Source: an uncultured Candidatus Saccharibacteria bacterium | GTDB taxonomy: Bacteria > Patescibacteriota > Minisyncoccia > Phycocordibacterales > JAKAEA01 | Direction of reading: 5' to 3' | Length of the DNA stretch: 64,000 nucleotides | Assembly (NCBI GenBank): GCA_964467325.1 | Contig: CAYXSG010000001.1 | Location: forward strand, 8,953-72,952 | Shown here: in pieces, positions 38,219 to 47,472 of the stretch | Layout of the letters: the number at the start of each line of letters is the position of its first letter | How positions within the stretch are numbered: position 1 is the stretch's first letter | Position numbers and translations under genes: made by a program | The notes under the pieces: model-generated | Databases searched by the model: none | The model's input: only the letters and a program-made list of their open reading frames with translations | What the model was told of the DNA's origin: nothing

Positions 38219-38740
38219 ATGAAGGATTATATAAAAGGGCGAGCGGGAGTTTTCATTGATGCTGCCAATATTTTGTATTCACAACAAACTCTTGGCTGGA
38301 AAGTTGATTATAAAAAACTCAAAGACTATTTAATAAACCAATCATTTTCTGCGGTTTTTTATTATTACACTGGAAAAGTTGGTTCACTTGAAAACCAACT
38401 GAAATTTATTAATAAGCTTGAGAATTATGGGTACGTTGTGATAGCAAAAGAAGTTAAGTTCATTAGAACAAAAGATGGCAAACAAATTCCCAAAGGTAAT
38501 CTTGATATTGAGCTTGCGCTAGACGCTTTTAGATTTAAAGATACGTACGATACGTTGCTTCTTTTTTCCGGTGATTCTGATTTCGCTTATCTTCTGGATC
38601 TTTTGAAGGAATACGGTAAGAAAACTTTGGTTTTTTCAACCAGAGGACACATTTCAAAAGAATTGCTAGAAAGAGCAAAGTATATTGATCTTCAAAAACT
38701 AAGAAGCTTTATTGAGCTAAAATTCAAAGAGCCACGCTAG
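38219..38740 (+). CDS. NYN (LabA/DUF88) domain PIN-fold ribonuclease
   Basis: VFIDAAN, KGNLDIELALD, LFSGDSDF, S.EL. Confidence 0.92.
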   Translation: MKDYIKGRAGVFIDAANILYSQQTLGWKVDYKKLKDYLINQSFSAVFYYYTGKVGSLENQLKFINKLENYGYVVIAKEVKFIRTKDGKQIPKGNLDIELALDAFRFKDTYDTLLLFSGDSDFAYLLDLLKEYGKKTLVFSTRGHISKELLERAKYIDLQKLRSFIELKFKEPR

Positions 38741-38759
38741 GTGGCTCTTGAAGTATGAC
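38719..38759 (-). ncRNA. Predicted ~40-nt antisense hairpin RNA overlapping the NYN stop codon
   Basis: Minus-strand promoter TTGACT-16-TATACT (38793-38766); hairpin 38723-38752 with a clear U tract only on the minus strand. Confidence 0.45.
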
Positions 38760-38844
38760 TTAATTAGTATAGCTGGTGTATAATATAAGTCAAGAGTTTT
38801 TGGAAATTAAAAGCGAGCATGAATAATTAATAAATTTAAATAAT

Positions 38845-39174
38845 ATGAATGAAAATAAAAAATGGTATCTTTCAAAAGGAGTTTTGTTCTTTGTTGGGTA
38901 TGTAGTTATAACAATAATATACGGATTTGTAACAGTGAATCAGGAACTAATTAATTCCTTACCATTATCACTTTTAACATTTCCTATGGGTATTTTAGGT
39001 GGTTTTTTGATTTTTGGTTGGCCAGCCATAATTATAACTGCAATAACTGCTCTTTTTATGGAAAGGTTTGTTTCTAAAAACCAAAAATTACCTATTTATA
39101 TTTTTTCATACCTAGTAGCGTTGCCTTTTATTTTCTGTTTCATTTATTATTTGTCGATTCATAATATTCGTTAA
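38845..39174 (+). CDS. Small AT-rich membrane protein
   Basis: 3 TM helices; TAATG coupling to tkt C-terminal gene. Confidence 0.65.
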   Translation: MNENKKWYLSKGVLFFVGYVVITIIYGFVTVNQELINSLPLSLLTFPMGILGGFLIFGWPAIIITAITALFMERFVSKNQKLPIYIFSYLVALPFIFCFIYYLSIHNIR

Positions 39175-40178
39175 TGCTAAATCCTCTTCTAAAACTCAAT
39201 CCTAAAATTTTTGACGAAAGTGTGGAGCAGACGCCGATTCGGCGCGGGTTTGGCGAGGGATTTTTGGCGGCGGGCGAAGCAGATAAAAATGTGGTGGGAC
39301 TGTGCGCCGATTTGACCGAGAGCACCCAGATGCATCTTTTCAAAGAAAAATTTCCGGAGCGGTTTATTGAGGTGGGCGTTGCTGAGCAAAATCTCGCGAG
39401 CGTGGCTTCCGGCTTGGTGGCGGCTGGAAAAATTCCTTTTATTTCTTCTTATGCCATGTTTTCTCCGGGCCGAAATTGGGAGCAGATTCGCACGACCATT
39501 TGCTACAACGACCGGCCGGTGAAAATTGCCGGCTCGCACGCGGGGATTTCCGTGGGACCGGACGGCGGCACGCACCAAGCGCTGGAAGATATCGCGCTTA
39601 CCAGAGTAATTCCGAGAATGGTGGTGATTTCGCCATGCGACGCGGTGGAAGCGCTCAAAGCCACTTTAGCAGCAGCGAAAACCAAAACGCCGGTTTACAT
39701 CCGACTCGCACGCGAAAAAACGCCGATTATGACTTCGGCGCACACGCCTTTTGAAATTGGCAAAGCGGAAATTTTTTTCCAGCCGATTGCCGGCCGTGCT
39801 GAAGTGGGGATTGTGGCGACCGGTGCACTGCTCTACAAAGCGCTGAAAGTGGCGCGCGATTTGGAAAAAGAAAAAATTGGCGTGACGGTTCTAAATCTCT
39901 CAACCATTAAACCTTTAGACGAAAAAGCGTTGCTTCGTCTTGCGGAAGACACGAAGGCAATAGTGACGGTGGAAGAGCATCAAATTGCTGGCGGCATGGG
40001 CTCAGCGGTGGCTGAGTTTCTCGCCAAGCACCGGCCAGTACTGATGGAATTTATTGGCGTGCACGACAAATTTGGCCAATCAGGCAAGCCGGAAGAACTC
40101 ATAGAATTTTACGGCATGGGAGAAAAAGCCATCAAAGAAGCGGTGAAAAAGGTTTTGAAGAGAAAATTACAGAAATAA
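39174..40178 (+). CDS. tkt: Transketolase, C-terminal subunit
   Basis: ADL..ST, GVAEQN, GPDGGTHQALED, VEEH. Confidence 0.93.
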   Translation: MLNPLLKLNPKIFDESVEQTPIRRGFGEGFLAAGEADKNVVGLCADLTESTQMHLFKEKFPERFIEVGVAEQNLASVASGLVAAGKIPFISSYAMFSPGRNWEQIRTTICYNDRPVKIAGSHAGISVGPDGGTHQALEDIALTRVIPRMVVISPCDAVEALKATLAAAKTKTPVYIRLAREKTPIMTSAHTPFEIGKAEIFFQPIAGRAEVGIVATGALLYKALKVARDLEKEKIGVTVLNLSTIKPLDEKALLRLAEDTKAIVTVEEHQIAGGMGSAVAEFLAKHRPVLMEFIGVHDKFGQSGKPEELIEFYGMGEKAIKEAVKKVLKRKLQK

Positions 40179-40181
40179 TTT

Positions 40182-40406
40182 ATGAATGAAATTAAAATCG
40201 GCGCGCTTTATAAGCATTACAAAACAGAAAAGCTTTATAAGATTATAGGCATTGCTAAGCATTCGGAAACACTAGAGGATTTGGTAATTTACGAAGCGCA
40301 GTATGAAAATCCCACTTCAAAACTTTGGGCGAGACCGCTTTCAATGTTTCTGGAATCTGTTGAATTCAAAGGCAAAAAACAACCTCGGTTCAATTTGATC
40401 GACTAG
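40182..40406 (+). CDS. DUF1653 family protein
   Basis: G.LYKHYK, HSET.E.LVIY, W.RP..MF, RF. Confidence 0.9.
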   Translation: MNEIKIGALYKHYKTEKLYKIIGIAKHSETLEDLVIYEAQYENPTSKLWARPLSMFLESVEFKGKKQPRFNLID

Positions 40407-40473
40407 TTTACATTTAACCAATAGTATTGTATTCTATAATAAGTCTCTAGGTCTTTTAATGAAAGGGGTCGTC

Positions 40474-40809
40474 ATGGCCTTTGGAATTGTGGATTGCGAC
40501 GTAGGCGCGCAACTTGATTGCGCGGTTGAGAGAATTCCAACTCGAGAGGAACAATGGAAGGTTGAGTATCCTGCGGGCGGCAAGCGAAAAGCTTTGCTGG
40601 CCCTGGCAAAACAGATTGAGTCCAAGGTGGCGAGAGTGGATTCGCCCAAACTCAATCTCGGGATTGTGGTTGGAATAGAAGCCATCAATACCGGCATCGA
40701 TTTGATTCGGGAATGGCAAACTCGCCATCGTGTCTGCCTCGGAAGGCGCTCATTCCAGTACTTGGTTTTGTTTGCAGCGCAAATCATTGCTTCGAACGAA
40801 GCGAACTGA
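40474..40809 (+). CDS. Hypothetical protein (ORFan)
   Basis: SD AAGGGG 5 nt before ATG; TTTACA-17-TATTCT upstream; own terminator. Confidence 0.55.
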   Translation: MAFGIVDCDVGAQLDCAVERIPTREEQWKVEYPAGGKRKALLALAKQIESKVARVDSPKLNLGIVVGIEAINTGIDLIREWQTRHRVCLGRRSFQYLVLFAAQIIASNEAN

Positions 40810-40816
40810 CAAAACC

Positions 40817-40849
40817 AAAACCCGCACTTGCACAAAGCGCGGGTTTTTT
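40817..40849. terminator. Intrinsic terminator, probably bidirectional
   Basis: AAAACCCGC...GCGGGTTTTTT between convergent genes. Confidence 0.75.
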
Positions 40850-40862
40850 CATAAATTTAATC

Positions 40863-41855
40863 TCAGCTAATTTTTTTAATTTTGTAATCTGCTGGCGCGT
40901 TTTGGAGCTTGGCGGAAATTTTTTCATAGGAGAGCAAGCCTTCTTGCGCACCGATGTATTCCACAACTGAGGCAGAATTGATTGGACCCATGATGAGCGC
41001 TTCTTCCAAAGTTTTGCCCATGATAAGCGCGGCGGTGACGGTGGACGAAAAAGCGTCGCCGGCGCCGGTGCGCTCGTAAGCTTCTTGCGGATAGACGGGC
41101 ACGAACCAAAAGTTGGTGCCGTCGTAAGCATAGGCGCCGGCCATGCCGTCGGTGATGACGGCGATTTTCGGCCCGAGTGCGGCAATATTTTTAAGCAAAG
41201 TTTTAATGTCTTTTTCTTGGCTCGCCAAAATTCTTTTCGCTTCCTCCACATTGCAGAAGAAAATTTCGGTCCGCTCATAAATGCCTTTGAGTTCTTTCGT
41301 GCCAAATTTCATCTGATAAGTGCCAGGCTGAAACGCGAGTTTCACTTCCGGATGTTTGGAAAGGTAAGAAAGAATTTCGGTGTGATATTGCAAAGAATTT
41401 TCACCAAGCGAACTTAGATAAACCCATTTCGGCGCGTGTTTGATTTCCGGAAATTTATAAGGATAAGGCTGATGTTTCACCAGAATCGTGCGCTCCACAT
41501 CGTACCAAAGCACGTAATGATAATTGGTTTCCATGTCTTTATGAATCGCAATATGATTGGTTGCCACTTTATTGGCCACGAGCGATTCCAAACATTCTTT
41601 GCCGTTCTGGTCTTCGCCGATGTCGGCAATGAGGCCAACTCGCAGTCCGAGTCGCGCCGCAGACACCGCCGCGTTTGGGCTGTTGCCGACACTTCTTATC
41701 ACTTTCACAAATTCGTAAGGCACTTTGTCGCCGAAAGTCACGCATAATTCTTTTGAAGCATGGTCAACGCTGTCGATGACGTCGGCTTGCTTGAGGCGGA
41801 TAAAAGCGTCGGTGGTAATGTCGCCGATGGCGAGTAAATCCAGTTGTGTATGCAT
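40863..41855 (-). CDS. PfkB family carbohydrate kinase
   Basis: GNSPNAAVS.ARLG; N.EEA; RTGAGDAF. Confidence 0.92.
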   Translation of the reverse strand: MHTQLDLLAIGDITTDAFIRLKQADVIDSVDHASKELCVTFGDKVPYEFVKVIRSVGNSPNAAVSAARLGLRVGLIADIGEDQNGKECLESLVANKVATNHIAIHKDMETNYHYVLWYDVERTILVKHQPYPYKFPEIKHAPKWVYLSSLGENSLQYHTEILSYLSKHPEVKLAFQPGTYQMKFGTKELKGIYERTEIFFCNVEEAKRILASQEKDIKTLLKNIAALGPKIAVITDGMAGAYAYDGTNFWFVPVYPQEAYERTGAGDAFSSTVTAALIMGKTLEEALIMGPINSASVVEYIGAQEGLLSYEKISAKLQNAPADYKIKKIS

Positions 41856-41899
41856 GAAAAAAGTATAACACATCTTTTTAAGTGTGTTACAATGAGCTT

Positions 41900-42766
41900 A
41901 TGAAAACTTTACGCGAATGCATTGCCGACGCCGAATCAAAAAAAATTGCGCTCGGTCACTTCAATATTTCCAACTTAGAAGGTTTGTGGGCGGTGTTTCG
42001 TGCTGCACAGAAGCTCGATTTGCCGGTGGTGATTGGCGTTTCAGAAGGTGAGCGCGATTTTATCGGCGTGCCGCAAGCGGTGGCGCTTGTTAAAAGTATT
42101 CGGGAAGAATTTAATTATCCGATTTTCTTAAACGCCGACCACACTTACTCTTTTGAAAAGGTGAAAGAAGCGGTGGATGCCGGTTTTGACAGCGTGATTT
42201 TCGACGGCGCGCAGCTCAGTTTTGAAGAAAATATCAAACTCACGAAAAAATGCGTGGAATATGCGAAAAAAGTTAATCCGGCAATTTTGGTGGAAGGTGA
42301 GCTTGGCTACATTGGCACTTCTTCCAAACTTCTCGACGCCGTGCCGGAAGGCGTGGTGACTTCTGGTGCTGGTTTAACGAGTCCGGAAGATGCGGCAAAA
42401 TTTGTTAAAGAAACTGGCGTTGACCTTTTTGCGCCGGCGGTGGGCAACGTGCACGGCATGATGAAAGTGGGCCACGATCCGCGGCTAGACATTAAACGCA
42501 TTGCAGAAATCCGAAAAGCGGCCGGCGTGCCTCTGGTTTTGCACGGTGGTTCCGGCACAGTGGACGAAGATTTTACAGCGGCCATTAAAGTCGGCATTGC
42601 CATCGTTCATATTAATACCGAGTTGCGCGTGGCGTTTAAAAAAGCGCTTGAACTTTCGCTTCAGAAAAATCCGGAAGAAATTGCGCCGTACAAGTTTATG
42701 AAAGATTCCCTGAAAGCCATGGAAAAAGCCACTTCCGACCGGCTGTTGCTTTTTTCCGGCAAATAA
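41900..42766 (+). CDS. fba: Class II fructose-bisphosphate aldolase
   Basis: ADH, EGELG, GNVHG, VLHGGSG, INTE. Confidence 0.93.
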   Translation: MKTLRECIADAESKKIALGHFNISNLEGLWAVFRAAQKLDLPVVIGVSEGERDFIGVPQAVALVKSIREEFNYPIFLNADHTYSFEKVKEAVDAGFDSVIFDGAQLSFEENIKLTKKCVEYAKKVNPAILVEGELGYIGTSSKLLDAVPEGVVTSGAGLTSPEDAAKFVKETGVDLFAPAVGNVHGMMKVGHDPRLDIKRIAEIRKAAGVPLVLHGGSGTVDEDFTAAIKVGIAIVHINTELRVAFKKALELSLQKNPEEIAPYKFMKDSLKAMEKATSDRLLLFSGK

Positions 42767-42781
42767 GTATACTTTCAATCC

Positions 42782-43486
42782 ATGCAAACAATCCAATTTG
42801 AAACCCGAAATACCAAGCTTTCCGGCGCCGCTCTCAAGAAAGCTGGCAAAATTCTGGCGGTATTTTACGGCCCAAAAGAAAAATCCACGCCGATTACCCT
42901 CAAAGAAATTGAGTTTAAAAAGCTTTGGAAAGAGGCTGGCGAATCTTCCATTGTTGTTCTCAAAAATGCCGGCGAAGAACACGAAGCGCTAATTCAAGAC
43001 GTGGATTTGCACCCAGTTTCCGGTGCCATTCGTCATGCTGATTTTTACGTCGTGGAAAAAGGTAAGAAGCTCAAAGTCGCCATTCCGCTTGAATTCTCTG
43101 GCGTTTCGCCAGCGGTGAAAGATCTCGGCGGCATTCTCGTGAAAGTGCTCCGCGAAATCACCATTGAAGCGTTGCCGAAAGATTTGCCTCACAAAATTGA
43201 AGTAGACATTTCCAAGCTTGCCACGCTCGACGCTAAAATCTTGGCAGGCAGCTTGGCTTTGCCGGCGGGCGTTACCATTGTTACTCATGCCGACGAAGTG
43301 GTGGCGGCCATCGCGGTGGCGAAAGAAGAAGTGGAAGAAGTGACCAAAACTCTTGAAGATATTGAAGTGGTTGGCCAGAAAGGTAAAGAACCAGTTCCCG
43401 GTGAAGAAGGTGCGGCTGCCGCCGGTGCAAAAGCGCCAGCTGCCGACAAAAAAGCCCCAGAAAAGAAGGCGCCTGAGAAGAAATAA
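42782..43486 (+). CDS. rplY: 50S ribosomal protein L25 (Ctc type)
   Basis: AVFYG, HPV....HADFY, GG.L, LP..LP..IEVDIS. Confidence 0.93.
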   Translation: MQTIQFETRNTKLSGAALKKAGKILAVFYGPKEKSTPITLKEIEFKKLWKEAGESSIVVLKNAGEEHEALIQDVDLHPVSGAIRHADFYVVEKGKKLKVAIPLEFSGVSPAVKDLGGILVKVLREITIEALPKDLPHKIEVDISKLATLDAKILAGSLALPAGVTIVTHADEVVAAIAVAKEEVEEVTKTLEDIEVVGQKGKEPVPGEEGAAAAGAKAPAADKKAPEKKAPEKK

Positions 43487-43504
43487 TTGTAGTATAATAG
43501 GCAC

Positions 43505-44836
43505 GTGTTTAGATATTTTTCTATATCAGCATTGTGCCTTTTTGCGTTTTTAGCCGGTCCGATTTTCGCGTTGGCGCAAACAGCGGATGCGGTGGCGGCG
43601 CGCCAAGCCGCACTTCAGGCCCAGCTTGATCAAGTGCTCAAAGACATTGACGCTCAGCAGCAAATTTTGAGTGCTGAACAGCAAAAAGGCCAAACGCTCC
43701 AAGGCGACATCAACATTTTGAACGCGAAAATCCAGGAAGCCAAACTAAAAATCAAAGCGCGCCAGATTGCGATTGAAGGTTTGGGAAAAGATATCAGCCA
43801 GAAAACCGACACGATAAACACTTTGGCCGGAAAAATCGACGACACGCACGATTCGCTTGCTCAGCTTTTGCGGCAGACGAATCAGATTGACGAATTTACG
43901 CTGCCGGATGTCGTTTTGAGCGATAAAGATCTTTCGGAATTTTTGGTGGATGTGGATGCTTACAATTCCATCAAAGAATCCATTCAGGTTGCGCTCGGCT
44001 ACATTAAGAAAACCAAAGAAGACACCGAAACCGCTCGGCAAACGCTCGACCGCCAGCGCTTAGAAGAAATTGACGCGAAAATTTCCATCCAAACCGAACA
44101 GGCCAACATTCAGAAAGATGAAACGGAAAAAGCTCGGCTCCTCGCGCTTTCAAAAGCTCAGCAGAAAACTTATCAAGCTGATATCGCGCAAAAGCAGGCG
44201 AAAGCGGCGGCCATCAGAAGCGCACTTTTCTCACTCCGAGATACGAGTGCGATTCCGTTCGGCAAAGCGCTTGAGTATGCGACCAATGCTTCAAAATCCA
44301 CTGGCGTTTCACCCGCATTTCTCTTGGCGATTTTGAGTCAGGAATCGGATTTGGGTGAAAATATCGGCACGTGCAACAGGCCGGGCGATCCAGCGTCGAA
44401 AAGTTGGCGGGTAATTATGAAACCGAGTCGCGACCAAACGCCTTATCTTCAAATCACTTCCGAACTCGGTCTCAATCCGGACACGATGCCGCTTTCTTGC
44501 CCGATGTCTGCCAGCAGCTACGGCGGCGCGATGGGTCCGGCGCAATTTATTCCATCCACTTGGCTGCTCTTTAAGCCGCGCGTCGCTTCCTCGCTCGGTA
44601 TTTCCACGCCTAATCCTTGGGAGCCGCGCGATGCGTTCATGGCCTCTTCAATTTACCTCGGCGACCTCGGCGCGGATTCCAACTCTTACAGCGACCAGCG
44701 CAACGCCGCCTGCCGCTACTATTCCGGCCGCGCTTGCGACAGCAAAAAGCCGTCCAATTCCTTCTACGGCAATTCCGTCATGGCCAAGGCGCAAAGCATC
44801 CAGACCAACATGATTGATCCGCTCTCGGGCGTGTAA
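43505..44836 (+). CDS. Coiled-coil lytic murein transglycosylase
   Basis: Signal peptide, long coiled coil, QES.LG, GAMGPAQFIPSTW. Confidence 0.88.
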   Translation: MFRYFSISALCLFAFLAGPIFALAQTADAVAARQAALQAQLDQVLKDIDAQQQILSAEQQKGQTLQGDINILNAKIQEAKLKIKARQIAIEGLGKDISQKTDTINTLAGKIDDTHDSLAQLLRQTNQIDEFTLPDVVLSDKDLSEFLVDVDAYNSIKESIQVALGYIKKTKEDTETARQTLDRQRLEEIDAKISIQTEQANIQKDETEKARLLALSKAQQKTYQADIAQKQAKAAAIRSALFSLRDTSAIPFGKALEYATNASKSTGVSPAFLLAILSQESDLGENIGTCNRPGDPASKSWRVIMKPSRDQTPYLQITSELGLNPDTMPLSCPMSASSYGGAMGPAQFIPSTWLLFKPRVASSLGISTPNPWEPRDAFMASSIYLGDLGADSNSYSDQRNAACRYYSGRACDSKKPSNSFYGNSVMAKAQSIQTNMIDPLSGV

Positions 44837-44876
44837 ATTTGCGCAAAAGCTGGCGGTCTGATATAGTGTCCGCACC

Positions 44877-45107
44877 ATGAAAGCCGAAATTCATCCAAAA
44901 TACAACGAAAAAGCGACAGTTACTTGCGCATGCGGCAACACTTTTACTGTGGGTTCAACCAAAGATAAACTCACTGTGGAAATCTGCAGCCAGTGCCACC
45001 CTTTTTATACCGGCACGGAAAAAACTCTTGACGCCGCCGGCCGCGTGGAAAAATTCAAGACTCGCGCCACGAAAGCTGCTCCAAAGAAAGCCAAGTCGGC
45101 GAAGTAA
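44877..45107 (+). CDS. rpmE: 50S ribosomal protein L31 (zinc-binding type)
   Basis: [27 protein letters not shown]. Confidence 0.97.
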   Translation: MKAEIHPKYNEKATVTCACGNTFTVGSTKDKLTVEICSQCHPFYTGTEKTLDAAGRVEKFKTRATKAAPKKAKSAK

Positions 45108-46082
45108 ATGGACATAGAAGTTTTTAAAAAAAATCCCAAGACGGCCTATTTGGCCGAAATGTATTTGAAACTCCAAAAAGAAGAGGAAGCGGTTTTAGCG
45201 ATGTCGAAAGATGATCCAAGAATGGAAGAGTTGGCCAAAACCGAACTCGCCGAACTCAAAGAGCAGAAAGACGCTTTGATGAAGCAGATGTCTGACATTC
45301 TCGCGCCGGAAGAAGACGAAGAGGATGAATTTCCAAATGAAGTGGTGCTTGAAGTGCGTGCGGGCGCGGGCGGAGACGAAGCGTCGCTTTTTGCCGCTGA
45401 ACTTGCCGCCATGTATCAAGGTTATGCACTCAAAAACGGCTGGGCTTGGAGCAAAGTGGACGCATCGGAGAGCGACCTTGGTGGTTATAAAGAAGCCTCT
45501 TTTGAAATTCGTGGTAAAGATGTTTACAAAAAATTGCGCCACGAAACCGGCGTGCACCGCATTCAGCGCATTCCGGCGACCGAAAAAGTGGGGCGCGTGC
45601 ACACGAGCACGGCGTCGGTGGCCATTTTGCCCATCCGTAAAAGCACTAAATTTGAAATCAATCCGGCTGACATTGAAATGGAAACGACGCGCTCCGGCGG
45701 CAAGGGTGGCCAAAACGTGAACAAGGTGGAAACGGCGGTCCGGCTCACGCACAAGCCAACCGGTCTCGTGGTGCGTTCCACCGTGGAGCGCAGTCAAAAC
45801 GCTAACAAAGAAAAAGCCATGGCCATTCTCTCGGCGAAAATTGAGGCGCTCAAAGAGGAAGAGGAAGCGAAAAAATTTGCCAGCGTCCGCAAAGACCAAA
45901 TCGGCACCGGCGACCGCTCGGAAAAAATCCGCACCTACAACATCCTTCAAGACCGCGTCACCGACCATCGTTTGAGGCGCTCTTGGCACAACATTGAAAA
46001 AATCTTCACCGGCAGCATTGACCAAATCATTGAAGCGATGACCGAACCCATTGACCCAAACGCGAAAGAAGAGGTGGAGTGA
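45108..46082 (+). CDS. prfA: Peptide chain release factor 1
   Basis: PAT (PxT) motif, [12 protein letters not shown]. Confidence 0.95.
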   Translation: MDIEVFKKNPKTAYLAEMYLKLQKEEEAVLAMSKDDPRMEELAKTELAELKEQKDALMKQMSDILAPEEDEEDEFPNEVVLEVRAGAGGDEASLFAAELAAMYQGYALKNGWAWSKVDASESDLGGYKEASFEIRGKDVYKKLRHETGVHRIQRIPATEKVGRVHTSTASVAILPIRKSTKFEINPADIEMETTRSGGKGGQNVNKVETAVRLTHKPTGLVVRSTVERSQNANKEKAMAILSAKIEALKEEEEAKKFASVRKDQIGTGDRSEKIRTYNILQDRVTDHRLRRSWHNIEKIFTGSIDQIIEAMTEPIDPNAKEEVE

Positions 46083-46188
46083 AATACTTGACTTATACGG
46101 GAATATGATGTTATAATCTCAAAAGAGCTGGTATTTCGCCAGCATGTTCCTTTGGTTCTGTGGCCTATACGGCAGAAAGAGGTTCTAT

Positions 46189-46659
46189 ATGAACTTCGTA
46201 AAATTCTGGAAGTTGGTTAAGAAACATCCGTGGTTGCCTCGCATTTTTTGGTTTTTTTGGGAAAAGCTTGATTCTCGTGACGAGGATAGTTTTCTCAATA
46301 ATCCATCGGATGTGGGTGATTCATTGATTCGGATGGTAAGAGAGACGGGTTATATTTCTTTTCGTCCTTGGGGTAAGCTTGATTTGTCTGTCTCATCATC
46401 AACTCATAATAAGGTTATATCGGGGTGCAAGTTGGGTCGCAGTTTCTCCATATTGGTCTTCAGTCATAAGTTTGGCCAATGTGATTTTGTTCGCCGAGAT
46501 GTGTTGGGTAGTGATGTAATGAAGGTTGGTGGGGGTTCCTTGGAAGATTCCCTTACTCGTTTGGAGAGTGATGGCATGATTATTGATGCTATAGTTGTAG
46601 AATCGGATGAGTCTTATACGAAACGTAACTACAACATCTTCCTACCGCCACCACAGTAG
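46189..46659 (+). CDS. Hypothetical protein (ORFan)
   Basis: TTGACT-18-TATAAT promoter (46088-46117), SD AAGAGG, G/T-rich composition unlike flanks, own terminator. Confidence 0.65.
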   Translation: MNFVKFWKLVKKHPWLPRIFWFFWEKLDSRDEDSFLNNPSDVGDSLIRMVRETGYISFRPWGKLDLSVSSSTHNKVISGCKLGRSFSILVFSHKFGQCDFVRRDVLGSDVMKVGGGSLEDSLTRLESDGMIIDAIVVESDESYTKRNYNIFLPPPQ

Positions 46660-46687
46660 CCTTTATGTCTCGCTGAATTGGGTTTTC

Positions 46688-46715
46688 AAACCACCGGCCC
46701 GCGCGGTGGTTTTTT
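46688..46715 (+). terminator. Intrinsic terminator of ORFan 46189-46659
   Basis: AAACCACCG/CGGTGGTTT plus T tract. Confidence 0.75.
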
Positions 46716-46755
46716 CTTGCCTTTTTGGGCTAGCCATGATATCTTTGATTCCACT

Positions 46756-47466
46756 ATGCCAGAAGCAAAAACAGCAGTCGCGAATGATGTTGAACGGATG
46801 TTTAAGGCCGGAGCGCACTTCGGATTTTCCAAATCCCGCCGCCATCCTTCAGCTAAGCCTCTTATCTTCGGCGTGAAGAATAAAGTAGAGATTTTTGACT
46901 TGGAAAAGACCAAAACCTACCTTGAAAAGGCCAAAGCGTTCGTAAAAGAGATTGCGGAAAAGGGCGGGATGATGCTTTTTGTCGGCAGCAAGCACGAAGC
47001 GCTGGAAGCGGTGCGCGCCTCGGCGACCTCTTTGAATATGCCGTTTGTAGCCGGCCGATGGATTGGCGGCACCTTTACGAACTTTCCTCAAATCAGAAAG
47101 CGCGTTGAACGCCTTGAGATGCTCACTTCCCAGCGCGAAAAGGGCGAACTCACGAAATACACCAAAAAAGAGCGTTTGCTCATTGACCGGGAAATTGACT
47201 CCTTGAATCGCTTTTTTTCTGGTATAATTCCTATGAAGGAAATGCCAAAGGCGGTTTTCGTGGTTGATTCCAAGCACGAGAAGATTGCGGTGACCGAAGC
47301 TCACAAAGTGAAGATTCCGGTTATCGCCATTGCCGGTTCCGATTGCGATCTTGCTGAAGTTGATTACCCAATTCCGGGCAACGATGCATCGCGCGGCAGC
47401 GTGGCCTTTTTCCTAAGCGAAATCGTGGCGGCCTACAAGCAAGGCGCGAGTGCAAAGAAGAGTTAA
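46756..47466 (+). CDS. rpsB: 30S ribosomal protein S2
   Basis: AGAHFG, FVGSK, RWIGGTFTN, IPGND. Confidence 0.97.
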   Translation: MPEAKTAVANDVERMFKAGAHFGFSKSRRHPSAKPLIFGVKNKVEIFDLEKTKTYLEKAKAFVKEIAEKGGMMLFVGSKHEALEAVRASATSLNMPFVAGRWIGGTFTNFPQIRKRVERLEMLTSQREKGELTKYTKKERLLIDREIDSLNRFFSGIIPMKEMPKAVFVVDSKHEKIAVTEAHKVKIPVIAIAGSDCDLAEVDYPIPGNDASRGSVAFFLSEIVAAYKQGASAKKS

Positions 47467-47472
47467 ATTAAA

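Larger units (their letters stand above)
38144..38826 (+). mobile_element. 660-bp NYN cassette bounded by a 23-bp direct repeat of the tkt 3' end
   Basis: AAATTAAAAGCGAGCATGAGTAA (38144-38166) vs AAATTAAAAGCGAGCATGAATAA (38804-38826), 22/23. Confidence 0.7.

Noticed and set aside
45195-46025. Long antisense ORFs (e.g. 276 aa opposite prfA, 240 aa at 6228-6950)
   Set aside because: Shadows of well-supported sense genes with no recognisable motifs
46178-46205. preQ1-I riboswitch (AGAGGTTCTA)
   Set aside because: No complementary CCTCT strand or A-rich tail; the sequence is the SD and start of the ORFan
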